A stretch of DNA of 64,000 nt from Methanomicrobiales archaeon (GCA_037137755.1 JBAXJR010000004.1:1-64000); one strand, 5' to 3'; counted from the first letter of the stretch, positions 9,386 through 18,579 are shown. Program-made: numbers and translations. The notes: generated by a model from the letters alone, not told the origin.

Positions 9386-9496
9386 GTCAGGATGCAGTCA
9401 GATTGTGGTAAAAATGTGGCGTGAAAGACCGTGGGTAAACGGACAATCAGGGAAATAATTATTGTCAGGAGCGATAGAATATGAACTGGAGAACAG

Positions 9497-9790
9497 ATGA
9501 CACCCCGCGATGAAATCCTCGATCTCCTCAGATCATTACAAAGCGATCTTACCCTACGGTATAAAGTCCGAAGGATCGGAATATTCGGCTCTTTTGCAAG
9601 AATTGAGTCCAGGCCTGACAGTGATGTGGACATACTCGTTGATTTCAATCCCGGCGCGGATCTCTTCGATCTCATCGAACTCTCCCAGTATCTGGAGGAA
9701 AAAATCGGCAGGCATGTGGACCTGGCAACACCCCGGGCACTCAGGCCTGAGATACGGGAAAGCGTCTTCCGGGACGTTGTGTACGCATGA
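9497..9790 (+). CDS. mntA: Minimal nucleotidyltransferase (MNT) antitoxin
   Basis: GIFGSFARIESRPDSDVDILV matches GSx10DxD; 97 aa; ATGA-coupled to the HEPN gene. Confidence 0.9.
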   Translation: MTPRDEILDLLRSLQSDLTLRYKVRRIGIFGSFARIESRPDSDVDILVDFNPGADLFDLIELSQYLEEKIGRHVDLATPRALRPEIRESVFRDVVYA

Positions 9791-10125
9791 GAGAATACCG
9801 CCTTTTCCTGGTTGATATAATGAAGGCCGCGGAAGATATCGAGGTCTTCACCACGGGGATGTCTTTTGAAGAATTCGTTGATGATGATAAGACAATATCA
9901 GCCGTACTCTATAAATTCGCAATAATGGGTGAGGCCACAACAATGCTGACAGATCAGGTCCGTGCACAACATCCTGACATCCCTTGGCGAAGCATAGCAG
10001 GACTGCGTGACAAAGTGATTCATGGGTATATCGGTGTGGATTATGAACTTCTTTGGGAGACAATTGAGTTGAAACTTCCCGCGGTCATAAGAGCTCTTCA
10101 CACCATCCTTGAAAAAGAAAAATGA
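9787..10125 (+). CDS. hepT: HEPN (DUF86) RNase toxin
   Basis: IPWRSIAGLRDKVIHGY matches Rx4HxY. Confidence 0.9.
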   Translation: MREYRLFLVDIMKAAEDIEVFTTGMSFEEFVDDDKTISAVLYKFAIMGEATTMLTDQVRAQHPDIPWRSIAGLRDKVIHGYIGVDYELLWETIELKLPAVIRALHTILEKEK

Positions 10126-10336
10126 TGCAGGATAAATAATTTTGACAAATATCCCCTCTGGTCAACCGTGATCCAGGTCCAATTACTTCCTGAAACAGAA
10201 TTTCCAGAGCGGTAAATATTCAATCCAAACCACACTCTTACCAATGACTGTTTAATATCCTCGTAAGAATGAGAAGATTATGGTGCAAACAGCAGGGAAA
10301 TGAACCGTTTTGGTCTTCATGCATTCCTGTCATATA

Positions 10337-10789
10337 ATGAATTCCTCGTTCCCGGCCGCCCCTCACCCGCGAACTCACCGTATCCGGATTCCCCCTCCTC
10401 AAAGAAGTCTGGTATCACTATCACCAACAGGAGGCGGATCCCGCCGAAGACCGCATATTCGGCATCTTTATAGACGGGACTCTTGCCGCTGTTGCCCAGG
10501 TACCAGGCTTTATCCGGACGGGCACGAAGTCGACGGTGTCTTCACTCTTGAAGAGTTCCGCGGGCGTGGCCTTGCCCGGCTCGTGGTGCAGACGTTGATC
10601 GATGCATGCGGGCATGAAGAGCTGTACATGCACTCGACCCTGCAACTCATCAGCTTCTACAAGACATTCGGTTTTGTGCCGATCCCCGAGGACCAGCTGC
10701 CAAAGATGATCCGGGAACGGTTCCTCTTCTGCTTCGGCGAAATGGCCGGGTGCAATATCTGTCCCATGCGGAGGGAGGCTGGCGGGTGA
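10337..10789 (+). pseudogene. GNAT copy 3 with compensating frameshifts
   Basis: GNAT N-half is read in a different frame from ATG 10337; 2 extra nt at ~10494-10507 return that frame to the GNAT C-half. Confidence 0.75.
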
Positions 10790-11301
10790 GCCCGTCGCTC
10801 CAAATCTTGTCCCAGATCTTGGTCAATCTTGAATTTTAGTTTAGAGGTGAGGTGCATGGAATGTACTCCTGATAGCGGTTGTGTGGGAAATGGATTAAGA
10901 AATGCCGATTTATTCAGAATGTTCCATGGGTGGTCCCAATCTGGCATACTATTACAAAGTATAGTATGATGAAATACAGGTCAGTTGTGTGAAATGGAGC
11001 ATACCAGTCAGATATGCAGGGAATAGAAATAGCAGAACCGTTTAATACAGCAATCATACTAAAAAATGAGGGTGCCCGTCATTTCCGTGAGTACGATAAC
11101 AATCCATGGAACCTTCGAAAATGACCGGAGCAGGGCAGCTGCAAAGCGTCCACAGGAACTAGCGAAGGCGCTTAAATTCTAAACCAGGAAGATCATTCCT
11201 GCTGGGATTGATTTGGTTCTTTTATCTGGTTCTATTCAGATTGACCTTTTTTCCTTGTGCGGATAAGGAGGGAAGTGTCCGGCTCCGGGATTTCCAGGTA
11301 A

Positions 11302-11697
11302 TTATCGAATTCCGGCTGGAATGATCCGTTTTTTGTCCGTTCGGTCAAAATCAGAATCGAAGCTGACAAGCATCAGATCAAATTTTTCTGCAATAACATA
11401 CTGATAGGCATCATCGAAGTCGAGCCCGAACGCCGCTGCCACCTCTTCAACCTGCACGATATCCTCACTGCCTAGGGAGAGAATAGTGATCCCTCCCTCA
11501 CCAAAGAGATCGCAGGCTAATTCTGAAAAGAGGCGGGCTGCGTTTTTCTGGTAGAGAATGATCCCGATTGAATGAAATGCAAGATCGCTGATGTGAAGAT
11601 CTCTGGGAACTCTGGTATTGAACAGAGCCTGGACAGAAGCGGCTTCTTTCTGATCGAGTAACAGTTCGAGAAATATATTGGTATCAAGAAGGTACAA
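11302..11697 (-). CDS. vapC: PIN-domain (VapC-like) toxin
   Basis: YLLDTNIFLE...LDFDDAYQY...LVSFDSDFD with acidic catalytic residues present; TTG start. Confidence 0.9.
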   Translation of the reverse strand: MYLLDTNIFLELLLDQKEAASVQALFNTRVPRDLHISDLAFHSIGIILYQKNAARLFSELACDLFGEGGITILSLGSEDIVQVEEVAAAFGLDFDDAYQYVIAEKFDLMLVSFDSDFDRTDKKRIIPAGIR

Positions 11698-11701
11698 CGT
11701 T

Positions 11702-11914
11702 TCAGTCCCGCCAATCCTGTGCCTTATGCTGGAGCTCCACGGATGTTGTACTGCTTTTGAGGTGGGAGAGTCCCCCTGCCCATGTCAGGCTGAACTTTTT
11801 TGTGCATGTTTTTCTCTTCCGGCGGACTAGCTCTTCAATATAGTGGATTGCGTCCTGCCGGAGGTCAGGGGGGAGTTCGTCAATCATCCGGTACACGGTT
11901 TCTGAAGTGGTCAT
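11702..11914 (-). CDS. DUF2281-like antitoxin partner of the PIN toxin
   Basis: MIDELPPDLRQDAIHYIEEL...FSLTWAGGL...TSVELQH; start moved to ATG 11914; 4 nt upstream of the PIN gene. Confidence 0.8.
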   Translation of the reverse strand: MTTSETVYRMIDELPPDLRQDAIHYIEELVRRKRKTCTKKFSLTWAGGLSHLKSSTTSVELQHKAQDWRD

Positions 11915-12098
11915 GCAGGTTTCCTCTTCTCGTTCATTTAATAATTGGTATTCCTTGTGCAATAATATATAGTTCCTCTCACGCATTCCCAAAGTCGATA
12001 GTCCTCCATGGAATGCTCTCTGCATGAGTCCCTTAAACAACCCCCTAATCTCTTTCCCGACGCCCGCTTTCCGCAACCGATTGCGGGTTACTTGTGGT

Positions 12099-12439
12099 GG
12101 CCAACCCCGCCGAAGACCGCATATTCGTCACTTTCATCGACGGGACGAATTGCCTCCGCCGCACGGTACAGACTTCATCCTGACTGGCATGAAGCCGACG
12201 GTGTCTTCACGCTTGAAGAATTCCGTGGTCACTGACTCCCCAGGCTAGTAGTGCAGGCACTGATCGACACCTGCGGGCATGAGGTACTGTATATGCATTC
12301 AACCCTGTAACTCATCAGTTTCTACAAGACCTTCGGGTTCGTTCCCATCCCTGAATACCGGCTGCCGCAGATGATAAAGGACCGGTTCACTTCTGCTTCG
12401 GTGAAATGGCCAGGTGCAAACGGTCTGCCCGATGCGGAG
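12099..12439 (+). pseudogene. GNAT copy 4, 5'-truncated and degraded
   Basis: Homology starts at ~12099; TGA 12233-12235, TAA 12308-12310 (CAA in other copies), 1-nt deletion in CGGTTCA(A)CTTC. Confidence 0.85.
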
Positions 12440-12497
12440 TGTGGCGACTCCGCGATCAAGAAGAAAGATACTTTCCCCGATACAGGGATGAGTATAC

Positions 12498-12899
12498 ATG
12501 CGATCATCAACGACTGATCCACTCCGGATTACCCAGGAAGGGATTTCATCGTATTCCCGGCGTGTACTTGCCGTAGTCCTTGGAATAACGCTTCTTACCG
12601 GCTCATTGTTATCTACCGGCTGTACAACCCCTGGAAAAGATCCCGTTTCAGGCACATGGGAATGGTCGGATGGGAAAGGGTATACCGAGCGTTACACCTT
12701 CAATGCAGATCATTCATTTAACGCAAAAGCACTCGGTTCGGAGTTTAACGGCACATGGGAAACCGTCTCATCAGGACATTACCTGGTGACCTATAGAAAC
12801 CAGAATGACATGGGACAAAATGAGACACTCACCGAAGGACTCCTCTACGATAGTAGCACAGATGCGATTTACTTCCCTGCCCATTATCGGGTGGTGTGA
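12498..12899 (+). CDS. Putative lipoprotein
   Basis: Hydrophobic stretch ending in lipobox-like LSTGC; GTW beta-repeat motifs. Confidence 0.65.
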   Translation: MRSSTTDPLRITQEGISSYSRRVLAVVLGITLLTGSLLSTGCTTPGKDPVSGTWEWSDGKGYTERYTFNADHSFNAKALGSEFNGTWETVSSGHYLVTYRNQNDMGQNETLTEGLLYDSSTDAIYFPAHYRVV

Positions 12900-12961
12900 A
12901 GTGATGTTGCGAGTACAAGGGTTTTAATGAAAGAAAAAAGGTTGGGATGATGTTCCCCGGT

Positions 12962-13258
12962 TCATACTTTTGGTTTTCGTTTCTTTCCCGCCTGCGGTGT
13001 GGTTTTCTCATTTTTCGGAAGTGGTATGCATTCTTCATCCGGCCACTCATCTTCGAACATGAGGTCTTCTTCCATGCATTCAGCCATCCGAAGGACGTTC
13101 TGGACAACCTCCAGCCGTGCATTTGCGGCCAGGACACACATCCCCTGATCTATGTTAAACAACCCGCCTACAGGCAGTCCCGGTGTCGTTTCATCGTTTA
13201 TCCACATGGGGCAGTCCTCTTCGGCACAAGTTTGACTGAGATCTCGCCAGCACTTCAT
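12962..13258 (-). CDS. Hypothetical Cys-rich acidic protein
   Basis: MKCWRDLSQTCAEEDCPMW...GMCVL; acidic then basic tail; TATA-like TTAAAT on the minus strand upstream. Confidence 0.55.
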   Translation of the reverse strand: MKCWRDLSQTCAEEDCPMWINDETTPGLPVGGLFNIDQGMCVLAANARLEVVQNVLRMAECMEEDLMFEDEWPDEECIPLPKNEKTTPQAGKKRKPKV

Positions 13259-13510
13259 GATCAGTACCGTTCGATATTGAGCAATTTAATAATGAGTGCC
13301 TTCCGGTATCGTATTCAGATGAGAATGGTAGCAGGTTGAGTTTTGCTACACCGCCTTTCCTTCTTCCCGTTCTTTATCATTTTTTATCAGTAGAGGGAAA
13401 TATTTCATGAGGCCGTACCTTCCAGGTCAATTGTGAAATCCTCGCTTCATTTCACCTCCCTGTTCAAGATCAATCTCATCCTTCAAGTCCTTTGAAACAG
13501 ATATGTCACT

Positions 13511-14125
13511 ATGGTACAATCTCCAGCCCCGATACCGTCATTCTCTGATGCGGTTACGTTCCATGGTCATAGCTGTCCCGGTCTTGCGCTCGGTTACCGG
13601 GCTGCATTAATCGCCCTTGAAGAGCTCAGGAGTGATCCTTCGCACGACGAGGAACTGGTCGCAATCGTGGAGAACGATGCCTGTGGGATCGATGCACTCC
13701 AGGTCGTAACCGGATGCACCGCAGGAAAGGGAAACCTCATATTCCTTGACTACGGAAAACATGTCTATACCCTTTTCAACCGGCGGAACGGGAAAGCGGT
13801 CCGGGTTGCAACGAAAGCTTCATTCTCTACCGCATCTCTCGATCCGGCATTTGGCGATCTCAGGACAAAGGTGATGTCAGGGAACGCAACAGCCGAAGAA
13901 ATGGAACAATTCGAAAAACACCGTGATGGGGTTTGTCATGCAATCCTCACGGTCCCCTACCATGATATGTTTTCAGTCCGGCACACCGGGATGCAGGTCC
14001 CCGTCCCGGCGACGATATACAAATCCGTTCCCTGTGACTGCTGTGGTGAGATGGTATCAGAACACCGGGTAGTAACCGTTGGTCGGAAAACGCTCTGTAT
14101 CCCGTGTTCAGAGAAAAAAGAGTAA
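13511..14125 (+). CDS. FmdE/FwdE family protein with C-terminal zinc finger
   Basis: FHGHSCPGLALG, ENDACGIDALQVVTGCTAGKGNL, CDCCGE...CIPC. Confidence 0.9.
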   Translation: MVQSPAPIPSFSDAVTFHGHSCPGLALGYRAALIALEELRSDPSHDEELVAIVENDACGIDALQVVTGCTAGKGNLIFLDYGKHVYTLFNRRNGKAVRVATKASFSTASLDPAFGDLRTKVMSGNATAEEMEQFEKHRDGVCHAILTVPYHDMFSVRHTGMQVPVPATIYKSVPCDCCGEMVSEHRVVTVGRKTLCIPCSEKKE

Positions 14126-14294
14126 TCCTTATGCCCCTGCTGCTCCCAAGGATATCCCGGATGAGTATTGCCAGGCGTACAGAACCCCCTGAAGGTCAGC
14201 TCCCACACGGTAGCGGTTTCTAGTCAGGGATCGTAATAAACGGCAGCTATCATTCCGCACAGCGCCCGGCAAAAAGGAACGTAGTAAATCCTGC

Positions 14295-15023
14295 TTAAAA
14301 TTCAAGCAGGTCCATCGCAGTGGCAGGGTCCTCGCAGATTCCAGGGCGGGCCTTCAACAAACGCATCACTTTTCTTAACCGTGCTTTCAGCCGGCTGTTT
14401 TCTGCTTCCAGCCGTTTCATCCGCTGGTACATCGGCTCCCTGCCCCCGGCTCCGCAGAGGCTCGCCACGTACTGTTTGAGGAGGCGGTCGGCGGTGTTAT
14501 GCCGCCGTGGGATCCACTGGATCTCGATGGTTAATTCCTTTCCACGGATAAGGTCCTGGACTTCGACCGATTTTTTTACAAATGCAGGAGATTTTGACCT
14601 GCATTCGTCGGTCAGGTGCCAGACCACGGTCTGGCTGTCAGTGCGTATCCGGGCGTGTGACCGTGGTGGCAGGTTTTCAAGCGCGAGGATGATGGCATTG
14701 AACTCCGCTTCGTTATTCGAGGCCCCCTTCTCGTACATGAAGTAGACCTCTTCACCGGGGAACAGGGCCACGCTATGGCCATCCCCGCTCCCGTCGACCG
14801 TGATGTCCAGGCGCTCATGTGCCTGGGTGTCATCAGGGGATGGTATTCCCTGGAATCTTTGTTTTAGCGGATAAAAGGGGTGGAAAAGAGTGGTTCCGTC
14901 CGAAAAAAGTGAGAGTATGGGGAGAGAGGGGTTCCCATCAGGGAATTGGACCATTGGGGCATGTTCCCGTGGCAGCAGGTTATGACCTCCCCGAGACCTA
15001 TGATAGAATGATAGATTCACCAC
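14295..15023 (-). CDS. RNase HI-like domain protein with C-terminal coiled coil
   Basis: VDGS, SNNEAEFNA, RTDSQ, WIPRRHNTADRL; start uncertain and probably downstream of 15023. Confidence 0.75.
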   Translation of the reverse strand: MVNLSFYHRSRGGHNLLPREHAPMVQFPDGNPSLPILSLFSDGTTLFHPFYPLKQRFQGIPSPDDTQAHERLDITVDGSGDGHSVALFPGEEVYFMYEKGASNNEAEFNAIILALENLPPRSHARIRTDSQTVVWHLTDECRSKSPAFVKKSVEVQDLIRGKELTIEIQWIPRRHNTADRLLKQYVASLCGAGGREPMYQRMKRLEAENSRLKARLRKVMRLLKARPGICEDPATAMDLLEF

Positions 15024-15229
15024 ATATTTATTTATTTTGAAAAAGTGCCGGCTTAACAGTTTTAAATTTTATAATCACGATGATTGAACAACGATCTCTC
15101 CCGATAAATTATTGCAGTCATTGATTCAGCTGATTATCTACTGTCGGGAAAAACCGTGGAAAACAGATTATTGGTAAAAAATGGATTTTTCCGTTGCCAC
15201 ATGACCCTAAAACCCCGGAGGACCGGGGT

Positions 15230-16102
15230 TCAGCGTACAATCTTCGTAATGGGGATCTCGAGGATATCTTCTGCACCTGATGCCTTGAGCTTCGGAATGA
15301 GTGTGTTCACGAGGTTCTTCTGGACTACCGTCTCGATACTGAAGTAATCAATCCCGTGAAGCCGGGAAACGGTGGGTTTCTTCAGCGCAGGAAGGGTGGA
15401 GACCAATGATTCGAGCATCGCCGCGGGTACGTTCATTGTGAGGAGCACCTTGGTGCGTGCCTCGATCACACCCATCAGGAGTGTAACAATCTCTTCCATC
15501 TCCCTACGTTTTACCGGGTCCTGGAAGGATTCACTGTTCGCGATGATGACCGTGTACGACTCCATGATCTGGCCGATAATCTTGAGCCCGTTCTTCCGGA
15601 GGGTTGTCCCGGTTTCAGTCAGGTCGACCACCACGTCCATCAGGTCCGGGACCTTCGCCTCGCTCGCGCCATATGACGGGAACAGGCGGACGGGTATGCC
15701 CAGCTGACTGAAGAACTCCCGTGTCATCTCGGGGTACTCGGTCGTTACCCTGCTGTCCGGGCGGATCTCGTTCACGGTTGAGATCGGCTCATCACGGTGG
15801 ACTGCGACCACTATCTTGACGTTTCCCTGACCGGTCTTGCTGTAATTGAGTTTTGCAATCTCTTTGACTTTTGCACCCGATTCATGGACCCAGTCAAGCC
15901 CTGAAATCCCCATGTCGAAATATCCCATCTCGATATACGAAGGGATTTCCTGTGGCCTGAGGATTTTGACCTTTCCTATCCGCTCGTCATTGATCTGCGG
16001 GTTGTAATCACGGTCAGTCCTCCTGACCCCGAGATCAGCCTCCTTAAAGAGCTGGAGGGTCTGTTCCTCAAGGCTCCCTTTGGGGAGTGCGATATTGATC
16101 AT
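15230..16102 (-). CDS. hisG: ATP phosphoribosyltransferase (long form)
   Basis: IALPKGSL, LRPQEIP, VDLTETGTTLRKNGL, C-terminal ACT-like domain; start moved to ATG 16102. Confidence 0.95.
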   Translation of the reverse strand: MINIALPKGSLEEQTLQLFKEADLGVRRTDRDYNPQINDERIGKVKILRPQEIPSYIEMGYFDMGISGLDWVHESGAKVKEIAKLNYSKTGQGNVKIVVAVHRDEPISTVNEIRPDSRVTTEYPEMTREFFSQLGIPVRLFPSYGASEAKVPDLMDVVVDLTETGTTLRKNGLKIIGQIMESYTVIIANSESFQDPVKRREMEEIVTLLMGVIEARTKVLLTMNVPAAMLESLVSTLPALKKPTVSRLHGIDYFSIETVVQKNLVNTLIPKLKASGAEDILEIPITKIVR

Positions 16103-16143
16103 AGGAAATAGAAATAGCAGGGAATGGATTAAACCCTGACGGT

Positions 16144-17403
16144 TCAGTCGAGCAGGTGGACAAGGAGGCCCGAGAGCAGTTTTGGCTCGAACCATGTCGA
16201 TTTCGGGGGCATAATACATCCGGCATCGGCAATGGCAAGAACGGTATCCACGTCGACCGGCTGCATGGAGAACGCCGCCATAAACTCCCCGCGGTCAACA
16301 AGGTCTTCAAGGTCACCAACAGGCCTCGCCCCGCCGAGGTACTGGAGCCGCGTGTCCCCACGTGGGTCGGTGATCCCCAGCAGTTTTTCAAGTACCAGTT
16401 TCTGGAGGACTGATACGTCCAGTGACTCGATCGGCCCTGCAGCCTCTTCGTATGGCAGTGAGCACTCGTACCAGATGCCGTTCAGGTACATATGGAAGAC
16501 ATGGTGTGGCGAAAAGTAGAGGTCCCTCGTCAGGATCTGGTATGCAGTGGGATCGACGCCGGATATCGAGGTCACCTCGAACGTCTGGCTGATTTTCCCG
16601 AGCAGTGTTTCAGGAGGGACCTTCTTCTGCTGTGTGACGAGCCGGCTGTATCCATGGATGGTGACCTCCCGGTGCGAGAACAAAACGCCCATGAAATGCC
16701 CTGCCTCTTCCGATTTGTCTCCGTTTGCCTTTCTCTTTTCTGCGACGTTTACTGCCGACTTGGCACGGTGATGGCCGTCGGCGATATAGGCGTCGATTCC
16801 CTGGAACATTTCCCGGATGCGGTTATATGCTGCATCATCAGTAATCCGGAATATCTCATGTACCGCACCCTGTTCACTCCTTACTGTTGTAACAGGCGTT
16901 TGCCCCTTTGTGACCAGTGACTCGATAAACGGATAGATCCCGCCCGGGTCGTTATAAAGGAGGACAACAGGGCCCGTATGGGCGTTGACGGTATCGATAT
17001 GCCGTGTCCTGTCCTCCTCCTTGTCATAACGTGTCATTTCGTGACGCCTGATATGGTTTGATTGGTAATCTTCCACGTCGAGGCAACAGGCGAGGCCAAG
17101 GTAGCAGGTGTCCCCCTGGGTCACCCGGTAGAGATAGAGGGCCGGACTTTCGTCCTGGACCATTTGCCCGTTCCGGATCATCCCATGGAAGTTCTCCCTT
17201 GCCAGTTCATACACCGGCGGGTCATACGGTGAACCATCCGGTAGCAGTGCATCAGAACGGCTGACACGGAGGAAACTCCCGCTGTTTTTTCTGATACACT
17301 CCCGCGCCTCTTCTGCACTTACGACATCATAGGGTACGGCGGCTATCCCCTGTGCATGTGCTGGTGCAGGACGCACCGCTGAAAAACGAAAGATCCTAAC
17401 CAT
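16144..17403 (-). CDS. DUF1015 family protein
   Basis: PYDVV, IRRHEMT, YIADGHHR, MPPKSTWFEPKL. Confidence 0.9.
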   Translation of the reverse strand: MVRIFRFSAVRPAPAHAQGIAAVPYDVVSAEEARECIRKNSGSFLRVSRSDALLPDGSPYDPPVYELARENFHGMIRNGQMVQDESPALYLYRVTQGDTCYLGLACCLDVEDYQSNHIRRHEMTRYDKEEDRTRHIDTVNAHTGPVVLLYNDPGGIYPFIESLVTKGQTPVTTVRSEQGAVHEIFRITDDAAYNRIREMFQGIDAYIADGHHRAKSAVNVAEKRKANGDKSEEAGHFMGVLFSHREVTIHGYSRLVTQQKKVPPETLLGKISQTFEVTSISGVDPTAYQILTRDLYFSPHHVFHMYLNGIWYECSLPYEEAAGPIESLDVSVLQKLVLEKLLGITDPRGDTRLQYLGGARPVGDLEDLVDRGEFMAAFSMQPVDVDTVLAIADAGCIMPPKSTWFEPKLLSGLLVHLLD

Positions 17404-17489
17404 GGAAACCGGCACTCACGTTCTCATATAATTGGGCCCTGATTCTATATGATAGATATTATAGCAGTGACAAATGGTGATCGAGAGCA

Positions 17490-17954
17490 ATGGAAGGCGA
17501 CCAGGTTCAGATCAGGCGGGCACGAATCACCGATGTCGATGCGATCGCTTCAATAGAGGCGGAATCGTTCCCTGATCCATGGGGTGGGGATATCTTTTCG
17601 GAATCAGTCGCCTGCTTCCCCAGTACATTCTTTGTCGCATCTCAGGGTAACCAGCTCGCCGGGTTTGTTGTCGGGGGACTCGAGGACACCGGTGACGAGG
17701 TATACGGCCATATCTGCAACATCGCTGTATCAAAGGCATTCCGGAATGCAGGCCTCGGGAGACGGCTCGTCATGCGTATCGAGCACCAGTTTGCGCTGGA
17801 GTCAGCTTCCGGTGTCCAGCTTGAAGTCCGTGTCTCGAACCGGAAGGCCCAGAAGTTTTACCAGAAGCTCGGGTACCAGGACGTGTTCCGGATCGTGCAG
17901 TATTATGCGAACTGTGAGGACGCGTTCGTCATGATGAAATGGTTCAGGTTTTAA
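17490..17954 (+). CDS. rimI: RimI/Ard1-type N-terminal protein acetyltransferase
   Basis: GHICNIAV..FRNAGLG, LEVRVSN..AQKFYQKLGY, YYANCEDA. Confidence 0.88.
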   Translation: MEGDQVQIRRARITDVDAIASIEAESFPDPWGGDIFSESVACFPSTFFVASQGNQLAGFVVGGLEDTGDEVYGHICNIAVSKAFRNAGLGRRLVMRIEHQFALESASGVQLEVRVSNRKAQKFYQKLGYQDVFRIVQYYANCEDAFVMMKWFRF

Positions 17955-17961
17955 AAAAAGG

Positions 17962-18579
17962 TTATTTTTTTTGGGCTTCGGAAAGCCGCTTGTTCACGGC
18001 ATCCCAGTTCACGATATTCCAGAAGTTCTCAACATATTTTGCGCGGTCATTTTTATAATCTACATAATAAGCATGCTCCCAGACATCGAGCACCATGATG
18101 ATCCGGAACGGGTACGTATTGACCCCGTGCTTTTCCACCTGCATGATCAGCGGGCGCATCGTGGTCAGGCAAAGAGTGAGCGCTGCCCACCCTGATCCCT
18201 CCGTGCTGTTCGCAGCCTGGGTAAACTCCTTCCTGAAACGATCGAATGATCCAAATTCGTCTGTAATCATTTCCGCAACTTTTCCTGAAGGTGCCCCGCC
18301 CCCGCCCTTTCCGGCAGGGGCCATGTTCTCCCAGAACATCGTATGCATCCGGTTCCCGCCGAGATGGAACGCAAGTTCCTTTAATGTAGCTTTCATGTCA
18401 AGGTCAAGATTTGCCTTTCTTGCGTTGTCCAGCTTTTCAAGGACTGCATTCGCTCCATTGACATAGGCCTGGTGGTGCTTACTGTGGTGCAGCCTGAGCT
18501 GCTCCTCGGATATGGCGGGTGCGAGGCCTCCGTAGTCGTAGGGCAGTGCCGGAAGGGAATATAGTTTAGGTTCGGCCAT
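17962..18579 (-). CDS. sod: Fe/Mn superoxide dismutase
   Basis: [26 protein letters not shown]. Confidence 0.95.
   Translation of the reverse strand: MAEPKLYSLPALPYDYGGLAPAISEEQLRLHHSKHHQAYVNGANAVLEKLDNARKANLDLDMKATLKELAFHLGGNRMHTMFWENMAPAGKGGGGAPSGKVAEMITDEFGSFDRFRKEFTQAANSTEGSGWAALTLCLTTMRPLIMQVEKHGVNTYPFRIIMVLDVWEHAYYVDYKNDRAKYVENFWNIVNWDAVNKRLSEAQKK

Larger units (their letters stand above)
7563..12439 (+). repeat. Four dispersed direct repeats of the GNAT gene (~7563-8012, ~8930-9385, ~10340-10789, ~12099-12439)
   Basis: Near-identical blocks in all four, e.g. GAAGACCGCAT, ACCCTG(C/T)AACTCATCAG(T/C)TTCTACAA, CTTCTGCTTCGG(T/C)GAAATGGC, ATGCGGAG. Confidence 0.95.

Noticed and set aside
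12233-12310. In-frame stops in GNAT copy 4 as recoding (Sec/Pyl) sites
   Set aside because: They come with frameshifts and 5' truncation, and one stop is TAA; ordinary pseudogene decay.
7563-12439. Reading the repeats as a CRISPR array, IS copies, a classical integron or a DGR template/variable pair
   Set aside because: The repeats are gene-length coding sequence with no terminal inverted repeats, transposase, integrase, attC-like hairpins or reverse transcriptase, and the differences are not adenine-specific.
7538-12489. Degenerate direct repeat flanking the array (TTCCCGACACAGGAT at ~7543, TTCCCCGATACAGGGAT at ~12473) as a possible att site or target duplication
   Set aside because: Short, with mismatches and gaps; cannot be told from chance by eye.
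7575-12655. Repeated minus-strand ORFs (7575-8102, 8840-9241, 10421-10645, 12299-12655)
   Set aside because: Antisense shadows of the GNAT repeats; they resemble each other only because the repeat does.
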